Assembly: GCA_002471375.1 (NCBI GenBank)
Contig: DKPV01000085.1
Location: 1,347-65,346, forward strand
DNA length: 64,000 nt
Source of the DNA: Flavobacteriales bacterium UBA7325
GTDB taxonomy: Bacteria > Bacteroidota > Bacteroidia > Flavobacteriales_D > Crocinitomicaceae
Direction: 5' to 3'
A program made the translations under genes and the position numbers. Below are positions 56,691-64,000 of this stretch, piece by piece (within the stretch, counting starts at the first letter, position 1; each line of letters begins with the position of its first letter). Below the pieces are notes generated by a model. The model worked only from the letters and a program-made list of their open reading frames with translations. It searched no databases and was not told the origin of the DNA.

Positions 56691-57326
56691 TTAATTACGT
56701 TTAATACTGCATCCTCTTGGTGCAGATGTTTTTGCAGGTAATGCAGTTCCATTTGACAAATGTGAAACAACATCGAGAGCATATGTTTCTAAATTCTCGC
56801 GACCGCTGTCCCATGAGTTGTCGATACTCCCCATAAAAACGACTTTCCCCTTTGCATTGATTGCATAAAAATGCGGTGTCGTTTTAGCTCCAAATGCGTC
56901 AGCTAGTTCAGAATCATGGTCCACCAGATAGTTCATGGTATATTCAGCAGCCATCGAGTGTTTAAACATCTCAGCTTTTGAATCAACCCCATTTCGTTTT
57001 GCTTCATTAGAGTTAACGAGAACAAATCCAATTTTTCCTTCCTTCGCCGAAGTATGAAGATCGTTGTATTGTTTTTCCCAACCTTCAAACTTGTCATTCC
57101 CTACAACAAATGGACAGGTATTACACGAAAACACAACGAACAAGCCGTTTTCACCCATCAGGTCATTCAAAGAATAGTTGTTCCCGTCGACCGCCTCCAT
57201 TGAGACGTTCATCATCGGTGCTTTCTTACCAACCTTTAGTCCTTTGTCCTTTATTAACATTGAAGACGAAGTAATGAAACCAAGCGTTGGGAGAGCAATT
57301 GCAATAAATAGTAACTTTTTAATCAT
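56691..57326 (-). CDS. thioredoxin-fold redoxin (AhpC/TSA / TlpA-like thiol-disulfide oxidoreductase)
   Basis: Signal peptide MIKKLLFIAIALPTLGF and CxxC motif (SCNTCPF). An alternative upstream ATG at 57350 would add 8 aa. Confidence 0.8.
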   Translation of the reverse strand: MIKKLLFIAIALPTLGFITSSSMLIKDKGLKVGKKAPMMNVSMEAVDGNNYSLNDLMGENGLFVVFSCNTCPFVVGNDKFEGWEKQYNDLHTSAKEGKIGFVLVNSNEAKRNGVDSKAEMFKHSMAAEYTMNYLVDHDSELADAFGAKTTPHFYAINAKGKVVFMGSIDNSWDSGRENLETYALDVVSHLSNGTALPAKTSAPRGCSIKRN

Positions 57327-57410
57327 TCTGAGTTTTGATAATGAATACATTCCTTAGTAAATTTAGCACGATCATTGTATGTATACCAAGGATTGCAAAT
57401 TACGAAATAA

Positions 57411-58637
57411 ATGAAACAGTCAATACTATTATTAGCGATCCTAATCGGTTTTGGGTCGTACGCACAGAAGTTTGAGATTCCAACAAAGAAGCATCCATTT
57501 TATGATATTATTGAATGGAAAGGAATAGGAGCAATCCTGATGAGTAAAGATCCTCAGAACACAACAAGACAAATAAATTTGACCCTCATAGGGGATCAAC
57601 AAACCAGTATTTGGGATCAGAAATTTATTCCTAAAACAGAGGAGTTCTTCTACTTATCAAGCGAAAATTCTCGATACGTCTATTTTTTAGATAACCTCGA
57701 ATTGACGAATGGCAAGGTCTATTTTAATCAATTGAATTCTGCAGGAAACGTAAAGAGTAATTCTGTTTCGATTGGTGCGACGATTAAAAAATTGGGGAAT
57801 TATGATTACAACAATCTCGAGGTGATTAATGCGGTTGTAACAGATAAAGCGCTGGTTCATCATTTCCGATATGTAGATAAAAAAGAGAAGTGTGTACGTG
57901 AATTTGCAACATTCATTACGCATCACAATTTCTTATGCTACGCTGTAGAGCTTGGTTCGGTTAGCAATGACAAGTTGAAAAACGGTGAGTTATATGGACA
58001 ATGGAAGTACATTGGGTTTACAGGGGATCAAATATTCTTTGCGCTTCGTGACTATCAGAGCAAAAAGAAAGGATGGTCAATTAAACAATATACCTCTAAA
58101 GGAAAGCCAAAGTTGGGTACTTTTATTAATGCGCCAGATGATCTTATCTCAATTGAAAACATCGGATTTGGAACAACAGGTGAATACTATTTGGAAGATA
58201 AAAATACTGTTGAAACAGGTTTAATCTCGCAGATAAACGGTGAGTTCTATATGATGGGAGCCGAAAAAAGAGACGATGGTGCAACGCTAATTCTTTTCAA
58301 ACATAATGAGGGAGAATGGGTTGAGGTTAATACTATGAACCTGAATTATTTTATTGAAAAGAAAACGCTCAAATTGGGTGTCTACCCAGTGAATGAGGGC
58401 TTAGGCTATCATCTCGATCATAATGGGTATAATAAAGTTAGCTTGGTTAGTTTTACTCCCGATGTTACGTCGCCACACAATGATTTTACGGATCGAACAG
58501 TATACAATCCAAGTAGCGTCCTAGATCGACAAGAAACAGGAGAATTTACCGTAAATTTGCCAGACGCTGTTTTGGTTTTTGATACCAAGCAACTAGCAGA
58601 TGGAATGAATGTGGAATTTGAATTGAAGGTGAAATGA
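57411..58637 (+). CDS. hypothetical secreted protein
   Basis: 408 aa with signal peptide MKQSILLLAILIGFGSYAQ and no family recognised. Its stop overlaps the udk start (ATGA). Confidence 0.6.
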   Translation: MKQSILLLAILIGFGSYAQKFEIPTKKHPFYDIIEWKGIGAILMSKDPQNTTRQINLTLIGDQQTSIWDQKFIPKTEEFFYLSSENSRYVYFLDNLELTNGKVYFNQLNSAGNVKSNSVSIGATIKKLGNYDYNNLEVINAVVTDKALVHHFRYVDKKEKCVREFATFITHHNFLCYAVELGSVSNDKLKNGELYGQWKYIGFTGDQIFFALRDYQSKKKGWSIKQYTSKGKPKLGTFINAPDDLISIENIGFGTTGEYYLEDKNTVETGLISQINGEFYMMGAEKRDDGATLILFKHNEGEWVEVNTMNLNYFIEKKTLKLGVYPVNEGLGYHLDHNGYNKVSLVSFTPDVTSPHNDFTDRTVYNPSSVLDRQETGEFTVNLPDAVLVFDTKQLADGMNVEFELKVK

Positions 58638-59254
58638 TAATTGGTATTTGTGGAGGTAGTGGCTCAGGTAAAACGACTATTCTCAATCGTTTATATTCAG
58701 AGTTTAAAGAGCTTGAACCAAGTGTTTTCACAATGGACAATTACTATCGTTCAATCGACGAGCAGGTCCTTGATCATAACGGCGAAGTAAATTTCGATCT
58801 CCCTACAGCTCTCGATAGAGACAGATTATCGAGTGACCTTGCTCGCTTAGTAAAAGGTGAACAAGTTGTTGTCAAAGAGTATCATTTTAATTCTCCACCG
58901 GATAAGCATGTGCTGATAACCATAAAGCCTTCTGAACTTTTGATAGTTGAAGGATTGTTCTTGTTCCACTATCCTGAAGTTAGAGAGATGCTAGATTTTA
59001 GTGTTTTCATCGATGTAGATCAGGAGGTGCAATTGGACCGAAGACTGTATCGAGATCAGGAAACAAGAGGGTATACAAGAGATGCTATTTTGTATCAATG
59101 GGAAAATCACGTCACGCCTTGCTTTAATAATTATTTGCTACCTTACCGTAAAGATGCTGATTTCCACTTCAGAAATGATACAAGGGCTGATGAAGATTTT
59201 GAATCCTTAAAACGGGAAATTGAGCATCGAATGGAGGCTCGAAAAACATGGTAA
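58634..59254 (+). CDS. udk: uridine kinase
   Basis: P-loop IIGICGGSGSGKTT, DNYY, and full-length Udk similarity. Confidence 0.93.
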   Translation: MIIGICGGSGSGKTTILNRLYSEFKELEPSVFTMDNYYRSIDEQVLDHNGEVNFDLPTALDRDRLSSDLARLVKGEQVVVKEYHFNSPPDKHVLITIKPSELLIVEGLFLFHYPEVREMLDFSVFIDVDQEVQLDRRLYRDQETRGYTRDAILYQWENHVTPCFNNYLLPYRKDADFHFRNDTRADEDFESLKREIEHRMEARKTW

Positions 59255-62200
59255 TACGTGCACTGAAAAAATATTCTACGCTCTTTGGAGCGCTTCTTAG
59301 TACGTTCTTTTTTATTGCCTTCTACTTCCAAATTTTTTCGAACAATTTTGAAAGTGATGTAAAGGCATTTGAATCTTCATTGCACGCACAAGAAGCTAAA
59401 CTGAAAAGCAGTCTTGATTATTTCCGCGCTGATGTCAGAACAAAAGGAATTGAAAAGCTATGGGAAACAGCAGATGATCGGGATGAAATAAACTTTCACG
59501 TTTATCATCGCGACTCACTGGTTTTTTGGAATACGAATCAACTACCCATATTGCGATTTGCAGATATTCACTTCCCTTCCGAAGGATTGATACATCTTCA
59601 GAATGGCTGGTATTTTGCAAAAATTGTTGAGGAGAATGAACACCTCATTTGTGGATCATTTAAGGTAAAGCAAGACTATTATTATGAGAATAATGACCTT
59701 GTCAATGGTTTTCCCGATTATCTGCCGCTTTCTTTTGAGGGAACCGTCCAAATGGATGAAGAGGTAGGCTATAAAGTTTTTGACCCTGATGGCGAATACC
59801 TCTTATCCTTAGTTCCGGATGAAATTCAAGAAATTTCGAGTTCAGAATCTTTTATCGTTCTGGTCTTATTACTTCTGATGATGGCCATGTGGCTTGTAGT
59901 TATTGCTAGATTAGCCCGCCGTCTTCCTCGAAAATTAAGATGGATATTACCTCTTGCGGTGATTTTCATTCGGATTCTATCCCTTCAGTTTCAGTGGCTT
60001 GAATTTATGGAAGAAACGGAAGGTTTCGATCCAAGTTTGTACGGGACTAGCACGTGGTTTCCGAATTTTGCAGAGTTCCTCATCAACATCTCTGTGCTTG
60101 TCTATTTAATGCATGAAGCACGGAAGTCCTTCAAGCTAATTAGAAACAACTTTTTGGGCCGCATTATTTCTTTGATTCTTTATTTGGGATCTGTTTTGTT
60201 ATGGGTTCTACTGGTGTATTTAATGCGGAGTCTTATCGAAGATTCATCGATACCAATGATCATTGACAAGCTATTTGCTTTGAATGCATTTTCGTTGCTG
60301 GCTGTAATGAGCTTAGGGGTATTCTTCTACTCTTATTATTTGCTTCTTCGAGCTATTGTGGTGAAGGGCAAGGAAACGAAATTGAGCGCTGGTAGATTGG
60401 CGGTCATCACCTTTATTACAGGATGTATATTCCTGTTTTATGAAATTAACATTGGGAATCAACTCTTCATTAATGGACTATATCCAATGGTTTTCTCGGG
60501 TATTACCATTTACCTGGTTTATCGTTTCGATGGGATGCGACAGTTGGGTCCAGGATTGATTCATTTAGTTCTATTTTCTTTGGTGCTTGCCGTGAATGTA
60601 GCGGAGTTCAATCGTATAAAGGAGCGCGGGGAACGAGAACTCTACGCGAATCAAATCGCTACGGATGAAGATATTGTAACGGAGGCAGAATATGCAGGGC
60701 TTGCAGCGGAAATACAGTCTGACAACTTTCTACAACGCTTCATATCATCTCCTCAAGAACTGAGTGTTTCTGATTTTCATGAGGGAATGGAACGCAGATT
60801 ATTTAATGGTTTCTGGGATCGATATGAAATGACTTTTAGCCTCTACAATGATGAGCAGGAGTCGCTAATTCAGTATCGAAAGGACCCAAAGGAAGGTTGC
60901 AAAGAGCTAGAGAGAATAATTAAACGGTCGGGTTCAGCTTCGCAAATTAATGGAGGCATTTATTATATCGAAGACCATTCCGCGCAATTGAGTTACATTA
61001 TTCGGCAAACATTGTACGACGAAGATTCGACGAATACTGCAGTATTGTTTTGTACGTTGAAGTCGAAAAAAATTCCTGAGGAAATCGGCTTCCCACGATT
61101 ATTAATTTCTGTTCAAACAAATGTTCTTGAGACGCTCGAGACGTACTCAGTTGCAAAATTCCATAAGGGAAGATTAGTCACAAAGTACGGGGATTTTAAC
61201 TATCCTTCTTCTCATACCGCTATGGTGCCAGAAGACATGAAAACGAAAGGGTTTTTCGACTATGGTGAATATAGCCATTACTTGTTGGTCAAGGGAAATT
61301 CTAACGTGATTATTCTTTCGAATAAGAACTTCTCAAATATTGATCTACTCACTTCTTTCTCTTATCTATTCAGTTTTTTTGGATTGCTCTTGCTCCCGAT
61401 GCTCTTTAGATTAAACACGAGTGGAACAACGAAGCGGACTGTTAGTTTGGCGATGAAAATTCAATTGGTGTTGATATCACTCGTTTTCCTTTCACTTTTG
61501 GCATTTGGTTGGGGCAGTGGAATATTTGTTAGTAATCAGTATAACCAATACACAAATGACGTCATAAGTGAAAAACTGAATTCAGTGCAGACGGAAGTTC
61601 GAGCAAAATTAGGTGATTCTGAATCTCTTTCGATTAATGAGAACGGGAACTACATGCAATACATTCTTCAGAAGTTTGCGAAGGTATTCTACACTGATAT
61701 TAACATGTATGATAACGATGGTTATTTACTAGGGACTTCAAGACCTAAGGTGTTCAACATAGGTTTGCTCAGTGAGCAAATGAACCCCACGGCACTGAAG
61801 TACATGAATTACAATCAGAAAAGTCAATTTGTACAGGCTGAGAGCATCGGTGATTTGAATTATTCTTCTGCTTACTTACCATTTTACAATAACAATGGTG
61901 ATCAATTGGGCTTTATTAATTTACAGCATTTCGGACAGCAGCGAGAGTTTGAAAATCAAATTCAAAAATTCCTCGTGGCTATTATCAATGTTTTCATTCT
62001 TCTACTTGCCATTTCAATTGTCCTCGCCATATTTATTTCGACCTGGCTAACATCTCCATTAAGAATCCTTCAAGAAAGTTTCGCCCGCGTCAAATTCGGA
62101 AAACACAATGTGCAGATTGAATACGATAAGGAGGATGAGATTGGAGCCCTAGTAAAAGAGTACAACAAGAAGCTTCTCGAACTTGAATTTGCTGCTGAGC

Positions 62201-62886
62201 AAGTAGCCAAAAGTGAGCGTGAATCGGCATGGCGAGAAATGGCCAAGCAAGTTGCTCATGAGATCAAAAATCCACTTACTCCGATGAAGTTGAGTGTGCA
62301 GCAAATGTTGCGTACACACGACCCTGAAGATCCTAAAAGTGGTGATAAATTAAAGAAGGTGGCAAACTCGATTGTTGAGCAGATAGACGCATTAACGAAC
62401 ATCGCAAATGAGTTTTCAAGTTTCGCGAAAATGCCAAACCCACGTGAAGAACGGTTGGATTTCGTTGCACTTGTTAGAGGTGTAAGTGAAGTTTTTAGGA
62501 CAGCTGAAGGGGTTGACATCAAGGTGAATTGTACTCAAGATGAGGTCTTCGTTAAGGCAGACAAAGATCAATTTGTGCGAATTTTCAATAACGTTATTAA
62601 GAATGCGATACAGGCAATTCCGGATGATCGAGAAGGGTTTATTGTTATCGAGATTTTCATGGAGAAGAGTAAGGTTCACTGCACTATAACTGATAATGGA
62701 GTTGGAATTGACCCATCTAAAGAAGGCAAAATATTTGTTCCTTACTTTACTACAAAAAGCAACGGAACAGGCCTTGGGTTGGCGATGGTGAAACAAATTA
62801 TCGAAAACCACCATGGTACGATTGATTTCACAACTGTGAAGGATGAGGGTACCACGTTTGAGATAATTATTCCTCAATCGCTATAG
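59248..62886 (+). CDS. large polytopic sensor histidine kinase (HAMP-HisKA-HATPase_c C-terminus)
   Basis: 1212 aa. The N-terminal ~900 aa contain many TM helices and two large loops. H-box VAHEIKNPLTPM (NtrY/NtrB-like), N-box NVIKNAIQA, G1 TDNGVGI, G2 GTGLGLAMV. The start overlaps the udk stop. Confidence 0.9.
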   Translation: MVIRALKKYSTLFGALLSTFFFIAFYFQIFSNNFESDVKAFESSLHAQEAKLKSSLDYFRADVRTKGIEKLWETADDRDEINFHVYHRDSLVFWNTNQLPILRFADIHFPSEGLIHLQNGWYFAKIVEENEHLICGSFKVKQDYYYENNDLVNGFPDYLPLSFEGTVQMDEEVGYKVFDPDGEYLLSLVPDEIQEISSSESFIVLVLLLLMMAMWLVVIARLARRLPRKLRWILPLAVIFIRILSLQFQWLEFMEETEGFDPSLYGTSTWFPNFAEFLINISVLVYLMHEARKSFKLIRNNFLGRIISLILYLGSVLLWVLLVYLMRSLIEDSSIPMIIDKLFALNAFSLLAVMSLGVFFYSYYLLLRAIVVKGKETKLSAGRLAVITFITGCIFLFYEINIGNQLFINGLYPMVFSGITIYLVYRFDGMRQLGPGLIHLVLFSLVLAVNVAEFNRIKERGERELYANQIATDEDIVTEAEYAGLAAEIQSDNFLQRFISSPQELSVSDFHEGMERRLFNGFWDRYEMTFSLYNDEQESLIQYRKDPKEGCKELERIIKRSGSASQINGGIYYIEDHSAQLSYIIRQTLYDEDSTNTAVLFCTLKSKKIPEEIGFPRLLISVQTNVLETLETYSVAKFHKGRLVTKYGDFNYPSSHTAMVPEDMKTKGFFDYGEYSHYLLVKGNSNVIILSNKNFSNIDLLTSFSYLFSFFGLLLLPMLFRLNTSGTTKRTVSLAMKIQLVLISLVFLSLLAFGWGSGIFVSNQYNQYTNDVISEKLNSVQTEVRAKLGDSESLSINENGNYMQYILQKFAKVFYTDINMYDNDGYLLGTSRPKVFNIGLLSEQMNPTALKYMNYNQKSQFVQAESIGDLNYSSAYLPFYNNNGDQLGFINLQHFGQQREFENQIQKFLVAIINVFILLLAISIVLAIFISTWLTSPLRILQESFARVKFGKHNVQIEYDKEDEIGALVKEYNKKLLELEFAAEQVAKSERESAWREMAKQVAHEIKNPLTPMKLSVQQMLRTHDPEDPKSGDKLKKVANSIVEQIDALTNIANEFSSFAKMPNPREERLDFVALVRGVSEVFRTAEGVDIKVNCTQDEVFVKADKDQFVRIFNNVIKNAIQAIPDDREGFIVIEIFMEKSKVHCTITDNGVGIDPSKEGKIFVPYFTTKSNGTGLGLAMVKQIIENHHGTIDFTTVKDEGTTFEIIIPQSL

Positions 62887-63163
62887 AAATACAATTGTTA
62901 AATGTGAGCGATATGGTGTAGAACACTTCTTAATCTAAACGTTCATTGGCTCCTGTAAAGCCAACGATCATGGTGTGACGGCCGGGTTCTTCTTCCATTA
63001 GAGCAAAGTTCTTTCTAACAGTGAAGATGTAAATCCCTCCATTTTTACTTCTTCAATTATGATCTAAAACATGTTAAAACATGCGAATCCTCACTTTTTT
63101 TAAAAGATGTAGAGGTATTATGGCAACATCACAGGGAATTGACGATCATTCTCTGAATATTCC

Positions 63164-63171
63164 TATTTTTG
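63164..63171 (+). promoter_or_regulatory. -7 promoter motif TATTTTTG immediately upstream of gpsA
   Basis: Exact TAnnTTTG, ending 6 nt before the ATG at 63178. Confidence 0.35.
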
Positions 63172-63177
63172 TTGTTC

Positions 63178-64000
63178 ATGAGATCTGAAAAACGTGTTGC
63201 GGTAATTGGTGGAGGAAGTTGGGCAACGGCTCTCGTCAAAATACTTTGCAACAATGTATCTAAACTAAATTGGTACATGCGCAATGAATTGGCTGTAGAG
63301 CATATTCATAAGTTTCGACGAAATCCTAATTACCTTCAATCTGTTGAATTCGAACTTGATAAAATTGAGGTTAGCACAGACCTTGAAAAGGTGATAGAAA
63401 CTGCAGATGTTATTATTATTGCTACTCCGTCAGCTTTCTTAGTGAAACTTTTTGAGGATTTCCCTCTTGAATTAATAAAGGATAAAGTGTTATTTTCAGC
63501 GGTAAAGGGTATCATTCCTGAATACTCCGCAATACCTGCTCGATTTATTCATAAAACATTCGGAACACCATACGATGAAATTGGTATTATTTGCGGCCCA
63601 TGTCATGCGGAGGAAGTCGCACTTGAACGTTTATCGTACCTTACGATAGCTTGTCAAGATGATGATATCGCTGAGGACATGGCAGAGATGCTTGCTTGTC
63701 GATATATTAAAACAACAACATCGGATGACCTATTCGGAACAGAACTCTCGGCAGTTCTCAAGAACGTTTATGCAATTGCATCAGGCGTTTGTGCTGGTCT
63801 CGGGTATGGAGATAATTTCCAATCTGTTTTGATATCGAATGCGATTATCGAGATAGAAAACTTTATTGATGAGGTGAGTCCAATTCACCGTGATGTAAAA
63901 TCCTCGGCTTACCTTGGTGATTTATTGGTGACGGCTTACTCTAAATTCTCTAGAAATCGAACTTTCGGATTCATGATTGGAAAGGGATATTCGGTTAAGA
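63178..64000 (+). CDS. gpsA: NAD(P)H-dependent glycerol-3-phosphate dehydrogenase (3' end beyond the window)
   Basis: My translation from the ATG at 63178 reads MRSEKRVAVIGGGSWATALVKIL...GPCHAEEVA...LKNVYAIASG. Not in the ORF track because no stop lies inside the window. Confidence 0.93.
   Translation, partial: MRSEKRVAVIGGGSWATALVKILCNNVSKLNWYMRNELAVEHIHKFRRNPNYLQSVEFELDKIEVSTDLEKVIETADVIIIATPSAFLVKLFEDFPLELIKDKVLFSAVKGIIPEYSAIPARFIHKTFGTPYDEIGIICGPCHAEEVALERLSYLTIACQDDDIAEDMAEMLACRYIKTTTSDDLFGTELSAVLKNVYAIASGVCAGLGYGDNFQSVLISNAIIEIENFIDEVSPIHRDVKSSAYLGDLLVTAYSKFSRNRTFGFMIGKGYSVK

Noticed and set aside
1-64000. Search for CRISPR arrays, rRNA/tRNA genes, IS elements, integrases and prophage genes
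   Set aside because: - No regularly spaced direct repeats were seen.
- Intergenic gaps are short and none shows a cloverleaf-like arrangement.
- No ORF has transposase or integrase motifs.

Absence is judged by eye only. A tRNAscan/Infernal run would be definitive.

Overview
The window looks like a mostly core chromosomal segment of a Bacteroidota genome, probably Flavobacteriia-like. This rests on inference. Three ORFs end in T9SS-type C-terminal sorting domains. Start codons lack Shine-Dalgarno sequences. Many genes have the Bacteroidetes -7 promoter motif TAnnTTTG a short distance upstream.

Coding density is high, with about 50 genes. Housekeeping genes I recognise with confidence are xseA (partial), pgk, aspS, cysS, polA, the hemA-hemC-hemD operon, rsmI, hemW, udk and gpsA (partial). 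Also present are two aldehyde dehydrogenases, an acyl-CoA carboxyltransferase, a trans-sulfuration PLP enzyme, and secreted M43, S1 and S9 peptidases.

Four blocks are less ordinary:
- 2.5-11.1 kb: a seven-gene co-directional cluster (ECF sigma, putative anti-sigma, SpoIIM-like, DUF4129-like, DUF4350-like, MoxR AAA+, DUF58) with overlapping stop/start codons. I know of no established function for it.
- 22.3-25.9 kb: an MMPL/RND-type transporter tightly coupled to a membrane GT2 glycosyltransferase, directly downstream of polA.
- 27.1-31.1 kb: a lone 1116-aa Upf1-like SF1 helicase with a DUF4011-like N-terminus. It is packed with zero spacer against its convergent neighbour and sits next to a start-less relic of a T9SS cargo gene. 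This is the best candidate for an accessory insertion.
- 43.8-46.2 kb: an arsR-arsI-arsC-aquaporin arsenic operon next to a frameshifted NTF2-like gene.

I found no rRNA, tRNA, CRISPR array, transposase or integrase. Domain names (DUFxxxx) are recalled from sequence motifs, not from searches, and need HMM confirmation. I cannot demonstrate a definitively novel system from sequence alone. The helicase locus and the MoxR-associated cluster are the candidates I would test first.
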